Assembly (NCBI GenBank): GCA_016204005.1 | Contig: JACQLS010000001.1 | Location: 105-64,104 of the forward strand | DNA from: Parcubacteria group bacterium | GTDB lineage: Bacteria > Patescibacteriota > Minisyncoccia > Phycocordibacterales > UBA2135 | Direction: 5' to 3' | DNA: 64,000 nucleotides | Part shown: positions 54,722 to 63,219 of the stretch, one piece after another | Numbering within the stretch: position 1 is the first letter of the stretch | Layout: the number at the start of each line of letters is the position of its first letter | Notes under the pieces: model-generated | Database searches by the model: none | Seen by the model: only the letters and a program-made list of their open reading frames with translations | What the model was told of the DNA's origin: nothing | Program-made: the position numbers and the translations under genes

Positions 54722-56458
54722 TTAATCAGAATGCTTAGCGGGTGTCAAACTTGTACTAGTGAGATACTCGGGGGTATTTGCCGCAATCCACAAAAGAGTC
54801 TGCCGCATAACGTAGAGCGCGCCTATTGTGTTTTCGCGTTTGCCGTGCTCCATCACCACTGCAAAGGCAAACCTTGGCTTTTCATACGGGAAGAATCCAA
54901 TTACCCAAGAGTTTACAAAATGCTTATTGACGCCCACTTCGGCTGTTCCCGTTTTTGCAGCAACAGAGATCTGAGGGAGGTGTAGCCCGCTTCCCGTTCC
55001 CTCGTCCACCGCCTGCTTCATTCCTTCTTTAACAACGCGAAAGTATTCGGGTGAGAATCCAAGGATTCTTTCTTCATGATCCTTCTCCCCCTGCGCTCCA
55101 TTCTCTCCGCCCCCCTTAAGGAGAGACGGCTTTAGGAGAATGCCGTCACTTGCAAGAGCCGCAGTGGCCCGCACTGCTTGAAGGGGTGTAATCTGAAAGC
55201 CATACTGGCCAATTGCTGTGTTGTACGTATCTCCGATGCGCCAGGAATCGTTAAACGTCTTCTCTTTCCACGCTGGTGTAGGCACGATACCCGACTCTTC
55301 ACCCAAAAGTGGAAATCCTGTCTTTGTGCCAAAACCAAATATCTCCATATAGCCCGCGAGACGTTCAATACCCAAGCCGCCCTGGTCCTCAAATCCACCA
55401 GCTATTGTATAAAAATAAACATTGGACGAGACAGCGATCGCATCAGGCATGGAAACCCATCCGTGGGCCTTCCAATCTGTAAAGACGGACTTTACTTGAG
55501 GAGAATACGGGTTTGGGATTGCAATGGAGCCCGTGCTCAAGATCTCTTTTTTAGGATCAATGATATCCTCCACCAAAGCGGCGAGAGCAATAAAAGGCTT
55601 CACGATAGAACCAGGTGTATAGAGACCTGAAACTGCGCGATTTAAGAACGGTTTTCTCGGATCATTAATGAAACGCTCAATCTCTCTATTGTGACCACCC
55701 AAGGAAAGCGCTTCAGAGTCATACTCTGGGAAGCTCGTCAGAGCAAGTAGTTCGCCTGATTCTATATCCATGATGATCCCTGCCCCGCCCGTAAACCCGC
55801 TTTCGTTGGAACGGAGTGCAATCTCTTCGTGTAGCTTCTCTTGCACTCGTGAATCAATCGAGAGAGTTATGTTCTCCCCATCTCTGGGCGCGCGAGCAGT
55901 ACTTTCCGATGACCGCTCCCCCTCCGCATTTACCTCAACGATGACGAGGCCGTTCTCTCCCCGAAGCGATTCGTCGTAGGAGCGCTCTACACCATCCTTA
56001 CCTTCAATCGCCTCACTGTAGTAATAGCCAGCCTTGTCCTTGAGCGGATACCGAACGAATCCCAAGATGTGGGCAAAGCCATTTTTCTCTATGTATTTGC
56101 GGCGCGCAAATACGCTTGAGGCGTCTTCAAACGGCTCGTTCCAGACAAGCTCTACACCGTTCCTGTCAAAGATGACTCCCCTTTCAGCAAAAAGTGGTCT
56201 ATGTCGCAGGTGGTTGTTCTCTGCGACTCCAGCGTAATGCTCTCCACGTCCTATTTCTAAAAATGCAACGCGCCCAAGGAAGACGCAGAGGACGAGAAAG
56301 AAGAAGGTTCCAAGTGCAAATAGAGTTTTTTTTGAAATCGGACGTTCCAGCCGTCCCTCAAATTGGTGTTGATTGAAATCAGGAAGATTGTGAGAATCCA
56401 AAAAAATCTCATCGGGATGAATCTCATAGTCTTTGTATTTTCGCTGTTTCCAAATCAT
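54722..56458 (-). CDS. mrdA: class B penicillin-binding protein 2 (elongasome transpeptidase)
   Basis: GSIVKPFIA (SxxK), VSSNVYF (SxN), AAKTGTAE (KTG). Follows mreBCD. ATG at 56458 (MIWKQRKY) preferred. Confidence 0.88.
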   Translation of the reverse strand: MIWKQRKYKDYEIHPDEIFLDSHNLPDFNQHQFEGRLERPISKKTLFALGTFFFLVLCVFLGRVAFLEIGRGEHYAGVAENNHLRHRPLFAERGVIFDRNGVELVWNEPFEDASSVFARRKYIEKNGFAHILGFVRYPLKDKAGYYYSEAIEGKDGVERSYDESLRGENGLVIVEVNAEGERSSESTARAPRDGENITLSIDSRVQEKLHEEIALRSNESGFTGGAGIIMDIESGELLALTSFPEYDSEALSLGGHNREIERFINDPRKPFLNRAVSGLYTPGSIVKPFIALAALVEDIIDPKKEILSTGSIAIPNPYSPQVKSVFTDWKAHGWVSMPDAIAVSSNVYFYTIAGGFEDQGGLGIERLAGYMEIFGFGTKTGFPLLGEESGIVPTPAWKEKTFNDSWRIGDTYNTAIGQYGFQITPLQAVRATAALASDGILLKPSLLKGGGENGAQGEKDHEERILGFSPEYFRVVKEGMKQAVDEGTGSGLHLPQISVAAKTGTAEVGVNKHFVNSWVIGFFPYEKPRFAFAVVMEHGKRENTIGALYVMRQTLLWIAANTPEYLTSTSLTPAKHSD

Positions 56459-56493
56459 TGCAAAATAGTATAGTTCGTATTTCGCGTTCAACT

Positions 56494-56820
56494 TTAGTAC
56501 CACCGGAGATATCCCTTCACCCACTCGCTCACAATCAACAAAGCGATGGCCCCTGCGGCAAAGACAAATTGGAAGCCATAGAGGAGTTCGACTTTTGCTC
56601 CATACAGTACATCGAAGAGAAAAGCGAGTGCGGCTACCTCATAAAACTTCTGGAAGTACGCCGTGGCGAGAACTCCTAATGCGACTCCGACCCACCACGG
56701 AAAAAAAAGAACGGACGCGAGGATCGTCATACTCGCCGCCACACGAAAGGCCACCGGCAAAAATCCGTCATGGCTAATCGAGAAGCGGCGTTTTTTCAAT
56801 CTCCACCCATTCGAGTTCAT
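56494..56820 (-). CDS. mreD: MreD-like small multi-TM protein (putative)
   Basis: Position between mreC and mrdA. Hydrophobic 108-aa ORF. Start uncertain (overlaps the mreC end by 47 nt). Confidence 0.5.
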   Translation of the reverse strand: MNSNGWRLKKRRFSISHDGFLPVAFRVAASMTILASVLFFPWWVGVALGVLATAYFQKFYEVAALAFLFDVLYGAKVELLYGFQFVFAAGAIALLIVSEWVKGYLRWY

Positions 56821-57553
56821 AAATGTTCACTGGCAGTTTAAAAAGAAGTATTTGAAAAGAATCGGCTGGTTTTGCCTGTATTGCCTCGACGACACCGAGA
56901 ATGATTCGCTTCCCCCGTATGAGCGACACAAGATCACCCTTGTGTACCTCGATACCGCGTGGGAGTTTTGCCTCAAAGTTGCCACCTCCTTGCCCCGTTG
57001 CATCAACTCTAAGCGTTGAAGCACCAATCTCTACAACCGATTTCTCTCCGGGAGAAGAGAAAAGTACAACCTTTGCTGTCTGTCGCGACACGGAAGTAAC
57101 TGTACCAATTGCAACACCCCCTGGAGCACTCACAAGACTCCCGATCTTGAGCCCGTCTTCTTCTCCCTTATCAATAAGCAAGGTGTCATACGGGGAACGA
57201 TTCGGACGTACAAGAACAAAAGCAAGGGTGACGTCTTGCTCCCGTCTTTCAACCCCGAGATGACCGCGCAACTCATCATTTTCCTTCTTAAGCAACGCGA
57301 GAGAAAGCATCTCCGCCTTAAGACGATTCATTTCGTCGAGGAGACGCGTGTTTTCTTTACGTAGGGAGTGCTTACTTTCTACAGCGGAGAGAATATCTCC
57401 AACCTTTCCCGCTAATGCACTCTGCCCTTTCCAGAGAGGTGAAGTAAGAGCATGGACGGCTCGAGAGAATTGTTCTTCAAAAAAGGAGAGCGTTGAAAAG
57501 GCGCCCAAGAGGACGATGAGACCTATAATACTAATGAAGAAATTTCTGGACAT
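56774..57553 (-). CDS. mreC: rod shape-determining protein MreC
   Basis: N-terminal TM, coiled coil LRKENTRLLDEMNRLKAE, beta-rich C-terminal half. Directly downstream of mreB. Confidence 0.8.
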   Translation of the reverse strand: MSRNFFISIIGLIVLLGAFSTLSFFEEQFSRAVHALTSPLWKGQSALAGKVGDILSAVESKHSLRKENTRLLDEMNRLKAEMLSLALLKKENDELRGHLGVERREQDVTLAFVLVRPNRSPYDTLLIDKGEEDGLKIGSLVSAPGGVAIGTVTSVSRQTAKVVLFSSPGEKSVVEIGASTLRVDATGQGGGNFEAKLPRGIEVHKGDLVSLIRGKRIILGVVEAIQAKPADSFQILLFKLPVNIYELEWVEIEKTPLLD

Positions 57554-57619
57554 TTATTTCACCGGGTGAAGATGGGGAAGAAAGACAAGCGCCCTTTAGA
57601 CCAAGAGGGTGAAGTGCGT

Positions 57620-58687
57620 TTATTCTGTTGGGGGGAACGCCTCCTCTTGCGCCAAAAGCATTTCCTGATACGTATCCATGTCTTCGAGAACAATACCTGT
57701 ACCTCGGACAACCGCCGTCATGGGGTCATGCGCTACGTGGATGGGGAGTGACAGTTCCTCATTGAGAAGGTCGGCAAGCCCGCTTATGACAGCCCCACCA
57801 CCTACCAACACAATACCCCGTGCCATGACGTCAGAAAGCACCTCTGGCGGAGTTGACTCAAGTACTTCTTTAACCGACTCAATTAGGGTCGCGAGTGAGC
57901 TAGAGATTGCTTCTCGAATATCGGAATCGGTAATAATAACCTCGCGCGGTAAACCAGTCACCAAGTCCCGCCCACGCACCTCTGCCTCAACGGGCGCCTC
58001 GCCGGGCACTACAGACCCAATGACAATTTTGATGTTCTCTGCTGTTCTGTCTCCAATGAGAATTTTAAATTCGTTCCGTATGTAGGCAATAATGTCTTCA
58101 TTAAACCGATCTCCTGCAATGTGAAGGTTTTTTGAACGGACAATGCCCCCTAAAGAGATAACCGCGATGTCGGTAGTGCCCCCGCCAATGTCGATGATCA
58201 TTGTACCGATCGGATCCCTTACGGGTAATCCAACGCCAATAGCGGCCGCCATTGGCTCCTCCATAATATACACTTCCCGCGCTCCGGCATTTATTGCGGC
58301 ATCTCGCACTGCGCGTGTTTCCACGTTAGTAATTCCCGAAGGAACGCCCACGACGAGACGCGGACGAATAAGTTTCGGAGAGAGTTTCTGAACACGGTTT
58401 AAAAAATAAGAAAGCATTTCCTCCGTCACTTCGAAGTTTGAAACGACGCCATCGATAAGCGGACGGACTGCGGTGATGTGAGCTGGCGTACGGCCAAGCA
58501 TCTGCTTTGCCTCCGATCCTATGGCAACAACTTGCCCTGTTTTTTCATTAAGCGCGACAACAGACGGCTCGTTAATCACGACGCCAAAACCACGCACAGT
58601 GAGAAGTGTGTTTGCAGTACCAAGATCTATGCCGATATCGTTTGACAATAAACGATACAGGCGTTCGCGATAAGAACGAAATGACAT
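57620..58687 (-). CDS. mreB: rod shape-determining protein MreB
   Basis: IGIDLGTANTLLTV, MIIDIGGGTTDIAVISLGG. Confidence 0.95.
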   Translation of the reverse strand: MSFRSYRERLYRLLSNDIGIDLGTANTLLTVRGFGVVINEPSVVALNEKTGQVVAIGSEAKQMLGRTPAHITAVRPLIDGVVSNFEVTEEMLSYFLNRVQKLSPKLIRPRLVVGVPSGITNVETRAVRDAAINAGAREVYIMEEPMAAAIGVGLPVRDPIGTMIIDIGGGTTDIAVISLGGIVRSKNLHIAGDRFNEDIIAYIRNEFKILIGDRTAENIKIVIGSVVPGEAPVEAEVRGRDLVTGLPREVIITDSDIREAISSSLATLIESVKEVLESTPPEVLSDVMARGIVLVGGGAVISGLADLLNEELSLPIHVAHDPMTAVVRGTGIVLEDMDTYQEMLLAQEEAFPPTE

Positions 58688-58751
58688 ATGAACACCGACG
58701 ATTCTAAATCTTACACCCTATCCAACCAGCGTGCCACCTTTTGGGCAAAGT

Positions 58752-60002
58752 TTAAGACTGAAGTATTTCTTGAATGTTTATGTACCCTCCCTCTCCCGAC
58801 TTCCGATCTTTGACCTCGACGATGCCATCCCCTTCATCGAGCGTCTTTTCGCCAATAATAATTTGTGTCGGAATACCCAAGAGGTCAGCATCAGCAAATT
58901 TTACGCCGGCACTCTCGTCACGGTCATCATAGAGAACCTCAAATCCTTGTTCCGTAAGCGCTTGATATGTGGCAAGAACCCTTTCTCGCACGCTCGGATT
59001 CGCTCCACCGAGTTCAATCAAATGATACTGGAACGGCGCAATCTCGACGGGCCATACAATTCCCCTCTCGTCAGAGAGCACCTCAACGACCGTGCCCATA
59101 AGCCGCGTCACGCCTATTCCATACCCGCCCATGACAACAGATTTCTTTTCCCCCTGTTCATCCTTATAGCTCATGCTAAAGGGGTCGGTAAATTTTGTTC
59201 CCTGTTTGAATATATTTCCCACTTCAATTGCTTTCTCCTCCGTTAGATCTTCTTTTCGAAGCCCAAGATCGCTCAGAACCTTATCATCCATGATCTCTCT
59301 GTTCACCGCGATACGCTTGTTAGCATCGAGATAAATGATATCTTCACCTGCATCAGAAATAGTCTGAAATTCGTTTGAGTACTGAGAAAATGTGCCACCG
59401 CTTGAGAATGTAAAGTATGTTCTATCCGCGATACCACACCGCGAAAACACATTCATGTAAGAAACTTTTATTTTTTCATAAAATTCATCTTGCTCCTCTT
59501 CCGTCCGGTTGAAAGAGTAGAGATCTTTCATAACAAACTCCCTTCCCCGCACGATGCCGCTCTTTGCACGAAGCTCGTTTCGGAACTTCGTTTGAATCTG
59601 GTAAACATAGAGGGGAAGGTCTCGGTACGAGCTGATGTATTCGGTAAGCAAGTTTACTAGCTGCTCATCGTGAGTAAAACCCAAACCGAGCTCAACATTG
59701 TTCTTGAGCTTCGTCTTAAACCACACATCGACTTTTTCGTCATCCCACCGGCCGACTTTTTCCCAGATTTTCTGCTCTTGAAGAGCGGTCAAAATTAATT
59801 CCTGTCCTCCGACCGCGTTCATTTCTTCACGAATAATAATTTTTATCTTTTTTAGAACCCTTAATCCCAGCGGGAGATAGGAGTATACCCCGGCCATTTC
59901 TTTGTGAATGAAGCCGCCGCGGATCAAAAGCTGGGCGTTTTTTGAAACCTCGTCTTTGGGCGCTTCGTGCCGTGTTTTGGTGAACAATTGAGAAAACCGC
60001 AT
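58752..60002 (-). CDS. proS: proline--tRNA ligase (short form, no INS editing domain)
   Basis: MRFSQLFTKTRHEAPKDEVSKNAQLLIRGGFIHKEMAGVYSYLPLGLRVLKKI from the ATG at 60002. C-terminal anticodon-binding domain. Confidence 0.93.
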   Translation of the reverse strand: MRFSQLFTKTRHEAPKDEVSKNAQLLIRGGFIHKEMAGVYSYLPLGLRVLKKIKIIIREEMNAVGGQELILTALQEQKIWEKVGRWDDEKVDVWFKTKLKNNVELGLGFTHDEQLVNLLTEYISSYRDLPLYVYQIQTKFRNELRAKSGIVRGREFVMKDLYSFNRTEEEQDEFYEKIKVSYMNVFSRCGIADRTYFTFSSGGTFSQYSNEFQTISDAGEDIIYLDANKRIAVNREIMDDKVLSDLGLRKEDLTEEKAIEVGNIFKQGTKFTDPFSMSYKDEQGEKKSVVMGGYGIGVTRLMGTVVEVLSDERGIVWPVEIAPFQYHLIELGGANPSVRERVLATYQALTEQGFEVLYDDRDESAGVKFADADLLGIPTQIIIGEKTLDEGDGIVEVKDRKSGEGGYINIQEILQS

Positions 60003-60084
60003 GGTAGTATCATAGCCCAGAACAAGTTTGTGTTCAAATGTAAGACGTTGTACGCTTTTGACTAGAGTGGTCATTCGGGTAGCA

Positions 60085-60360
60085 ATGACAAAGCCCGCTC
60101 GCACAAGCATGTCCCGAGATGAGGCAGAAAAGGCTATTACTAACGCCTTAAAGACAACATATCGCGACAAACCAGATGCCTGGAAGCGTGGCTACAGGGA
60201 ACAATATCTCGCCGGTATTGGAAACGTGCAAACGTATGCTAAAAACCCCTTCTACGAGGAGTCTGATCGAAATAATTATTTGCAGTGGCTCTTTGGTTCT
60301 TCGCTCGGTATGGCAGATCTCATGATCGCAAATGCCAAACGGTCGGCCATACCGAAATAA
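60085..60360 (+). CDS. small hypothetical protein
   Basis: ORF 60028..60360 with start uncertain (ATG at 60085 or 60109). Terminator follows. No motif recognised. Confidence 0.35.
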   Translation: MTKPARTSMSRDEAEKAITNALKTTYRDKPDAWKRGYREQYLAGIGNVQTYAKNPFYEESDRNNYLQWLFGSSLGMADLMIANAKRSAIPK

Positions 60361-60375
60361 GCTGGGTCTCACATC

Positions 60376-60418
60376 AAAAAAGGTCGCTTCCGCGCGTTAG
60401 CGGGAGCGACCGTTTTTT
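60376..60418. terminator. bidirectional hairpin between convergent genes
   Basis: AAAAAAGGTCGCTTCCgcgcgttagcGGGAGCGACCGTTTTTT. Confidence 0.8.
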
Positions 60419-60426
60419 ATGATGCT

Positions 60427-61527
60427 CTAAGAGAAAAGTCGGACAAGATCGTTGTATGTCACCGCAAGCATAAGTCCTATCAAGACAACGAAGCCAAACA
60501 TGTGCGCAAAATTAGTAATGCGCGGAGAAATGGGAGAACCTTTTACTGCTTCGATAAGAAGAAAGAAGAGGCGCCCCCCGTCGAGGGCTGGAAAAGGAAT
60601 GAGGTTTATGACGGCGAGGTTTAGAGAGATGAACGCAGTGAGTGAAAGGAGGTAGATAAAGCCGAAATCCGCCGCGTCTCCAACAATGCCGGCTATACCA
60701 ACCGGCCCGGCAAGACCCGAGAAGTCAGCCGTACCGTTAAACACGGAAGCGATGAGGCCACCAAACGCGGAGACTATTGCGATAAGAAGCCCTATAGTCA
60801 TCTTGCCTCCCTGCCAAAGTGCGGCGAAGAACGAGAGATGTACCGTTCCTATGACATCCATAGTGATGCCCACTGCAGGCGCCTCGCCCACGATGCCCCG
60901 CTCTGGGGTCACTGAAATCTCTCCCTGGTCGCTCTCGCCACGCGTGTAGCTAACGGTGATTGGCGCGCTCTCGTGCATCTGAATAAACGTCTGCATCGTT
61001 TGCGCGTTAGGGTCCGCGACGGTCTCCCCGCCGACAGTAAGGGAGAGGATGCGGTCTCCCGGCAAAAGACCCGCTTTAGCAGCCGGGGAATCTTCTAACA
61101 CTGAAATGACAGTAAGTCGAGCATTTTCCAAGACCCCACCGCCTGGGACCGCTCCCTCAGAAACAGGCAATCCTGCCATAAGACCAAAAACGATGAGCAC
61201 CCACGCCAAGAGGACATTGAACAAGACTCCCGCTGTGATGACGGTGGCCTGTACCCACTTTGGTCTATGAATGAAGCTTCGACCCTTGTCTGCTCCATGG
61301 AGTGATTCCTCGTCCGGGTTCTCTCCAAAAATACGCACAAAACCTCCGAACGGGAGTGCGTTCACCGTATATTCTGTTTCGCCATATTTCTTGCCAAAAA
61401 GTTTCGGAGGAAAACCGATACCAAACTCATCAACACGGATACCCATCTTCTTTGCAACAACAAAATGTCCAAATTCATGAACAAGAATCAAGACAATCAA
61501 TATAAGAATAAAAAGAATGACTGACAT
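60427..61527 (-). CDS. rseP: RIP metalloprotease RseP (site-2 protease, M50)
   Basis: LVHEFGHFVVAK (HExxH), central PDZ, NLIPFPALDGG. Confidence 0.9.
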   Translation of the reverse strand: MSVILFILILIVLILVHEFGHFVVAKKMGIRVDEFGIGFPPKLFGKKYGETEYTVNALPFGGFVRIFGENPDEESLHGADKGRSFIHRPKWVQATVITAGVLFNVLLAWVLIVFGLMAGLPVSEGAVPGGGVLENARLTVISVLEDSPAAKAGLLPGDRILSLTVGGETVADPNAQTMQTFIQMHESAPITVSYTRGESDQGEISVTPERGIVGEAPAVGITMDVIGTVHLSFFAALWQGGKMTIGLLIAIVSAFGGLIASVFNGTADFSGLAGPVGIAGIVGDAADFGFIYLLSLTAFISLNLAVINLIPFPALDGGRLFFLLIEAVKGSPISPRITNFAHMFGFVVLIGLMLAVTYNDLVRLFS

Positions 61528-61632
61528 GGCAAAAATTAATGAGCGTTAGCGAATATAATTTTTGACCACCGAGCACTCCGATTCGAATCGGAGTGCTCGG
61601 TCTATTAAAACATAGTCGCTTCGCTCCTTGTT

Positions 61633-62184
61633 TTACTGACTAATTTCTTTCTCCTTCCTCTCCCCCATCTCTTCTAATTGTGTATTCCCGTCTTTAATAA
61701 TCTTTTCCATCTCTTCCTTCAATCGAAATCTGTCGTCTTTTGAAATCTCTTTTATCTTTTCTTTCTCTTGGATGTCGCTCCATGTCTCATCGCGATGTCC
61801 ACGGAGGGTAACACGCGCTTCCTCAAGTTTCCCGTTCACGACCCGCTTCAAAGCGTCCCTCCTTTCAATGGTGAGATCGGGGAAAATCACACGGAGACCT
61901 TGATCGTCCGCGGCGAGAGAGAGCCCGAGATTCGCGTCCTCTATCGCCTTGCGTATTTCGCCTATTTGGTTTTTCTCCCACGGAGTAACACGGATTGTCT
62001 TTGCGTCTTCAGTTGAAACGCCAGCAACGTGGTTCAAAGGAACCTTTGTTCCATACGACTCAACCCGGACACTATCCAGTATGGCCGAGGTCGCGCGCCC
62101 CGTACGGATCGTAGAAAGCTCCCGAGTAAGCCATTCCTCGGTTTTCTTTACATTATTCTTCAATTTAGAGAAGTCGTACGCCAT
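61633..62184 (-). CDS. frr: ribosome recycling factor
   Basis: TIRTGRATSAILDSVRVESYG; 183 aa. Confidence 0.95.
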   Translation of the reverse strand: MAYDFSKLKNNVKKTEEWLTRELSTIRTGRATSAILDSVRVESYGTKVPLNHVAGVSTEDAKTIRVTPWEKNQIGEIRKAIEDANLGLSLAADDQGLRVIFPDLTIERRDALKRVVNGKLEEARVTLRGHRDETWSDIQEKEKIKEISKDDRFRLKEEMEKIIKDGNTQLEEMGERKEKEISQ

Positions 62185-62237
62185 ACTTTGAGAATATGCT
62201 AAGTAAGGGCTTTATTCAATGGTCGTTTGTTAAAATA

Positions 62238-62266
62238 TTGACTTTAGAGGGCTTGTATGCTACAAT
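62238..62266 (+). promoter_or_regulatory. near-consensus extended -10 promoter for the small high-GC peptide gene
   Basis: TTGACT (62238..62243), 17 nt ending TGC, TACAAT (62261..62266). GAGAGGAAAAG before the ATG. Confidence 0.7.
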
Positions 62267-62303
62267 TTCTAAGTATCACGTCACGGAACGAGAGGAAAAG
62301 ACG

Positions 62304-62456
62304 ATGATCGGCATGGGAATTGCAACAGTGGGGATTTGGGGCGGAGCGGCCCTGATCTCGTGGGCTGGGACCAAACACGGCCAGATGAACGCAATCGGCG
62401 TCATCATCATCGCGTTTCTCGCGATGCTGGCAACGGGCGCAGTGTGGGGAGGCTAG
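62304..62456 (+). CDS. 50-aa two-TM hydrophobic peptide, high GC
   Basis: MIGMGIATVGIWGGAALISWAGTKHGQMNAIGVIIIAFLAMLATGAVWGG. Own promoter, Shine-Dalgarno and terminator. Confidence 0.5.
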   Translation: MIGMGIATVGIWGGAALISWAGTKHGQMNAIGVIIIAFLAMLATGAVWGG

Positions 62457-62482
62457 ATCCACCCACTGCACGGAGCAAACAG

Positions 62483-62527
62483 GGGGCTCGGTTCGACACT
62501 GTCGGCCGAGCCCCTTTATTTTATTTT
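62483..62527 (+). terminator. rho-independent terminator
   Basis: GGGGCTCGGttcgacactgtcggCCGAGCCCCTTTATTTTATTTT. Confidence 0.8.
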
Positions 62528-63198
62528 ACGATAAGCGCAACGTGCTCCAAAATCATTTTGACTGACGGGGAACGACTATCAAGATATCCTCGGCATTTCT
62601 CTATGTCTCGAAGCGCGCTCTCGGTTCCCTGTACCTTATCTTCGGCGTACATCACCCTTTCGAGCTCGTCCAGAAACGCACGAGCTTTATGTTTGTCTTT
62701 CTCTTCAATAATATCCCCAAGGAGGCGTACTCGTTCTGGAAATGATGCTCGTAAAAATTCCTTTGCCACGCCACTGTCTGCCACCCCTTGCATATGTGTA
62801 GTAACAACGTGGAGACGGGAGCGCAGTGTGGGCAAAAGCATGCCCACATCGGGAACGATAAGGAAGAAGTGTGTCCCCTCTGTCGGCTCTTCAAACACTT
62901 TGAGAAGCGCATTCTGCGCCTCGCGTGTCATGCTGTTCGCCGCGACGATAAAGATTTTCCTCCCAGCACCCGATGACGTGCGCGACTGCATCTCTTTGAG
63001 CCGCCTGCTCTCCTCTATCCCTAACGTGTCGCATGCTTCGTACCAAAAATCAGGATTCCCACGCGTAGTGAATTGTAAAACGTCTTCAAGAAAGCGGAGG
63101 AGAGATTTGAGCACAACGTCTCGTCCCCCGGGTAGACAATAGGCATGATGAAGATTCGTGGCGTCTATGCGTAATGAGTGTGTGGCTTTGGCGCTCAT
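62521..63198 (-). CDS. holB: DNA polymerase III delta' subunit-like clamp-loader protein (short)
   Basis: HAYCLPGG, MTREAQNALLKVFEEPTEGTHFFLIV. Confidence 0.75.
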   Translation of the reverse strand: MSAKATHSLRIDATNLHHAYCLPGGRDVVLKSLLRFLEDVLQFTTRGNPDFWYEACDTLGIEESRRLKEMQSRTSSGAGRKIFIVAANSMTREAQNALLKVFEEPTEGTHFFLIVPDVGMLLPTLRSRLHVVTTHMQGVADSGVAKEFLRASFPERVRLLGDIIEEKDKHKARAFLDELERVMYAEDKVQGTESALRDIEKCRGYLDSRSPSVKMILEHVALIVK

Positions 63199-63219
63199 GT
63201 GCGTACTGTTCCGAGAACC

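Noticed and set aside
61568-61601. tRNA-like T-arm (CCGATTCGAATCGG contains TTCGAAT)
   Set aside because: The sequence is a perfect 34-bp palindrome with no acceptor, D or anticodon arms. No tRNA cloverleaf can be drawn here or in the 31338..31460 hairpin cluster.
62336-63142. 268-aa plus-strand ORF overlapping holB
   Set aside because: It is antisense to a recognisable clamp-loader delta' gene, is Ser/Arg-rich with no motifs, and has no expression signals.
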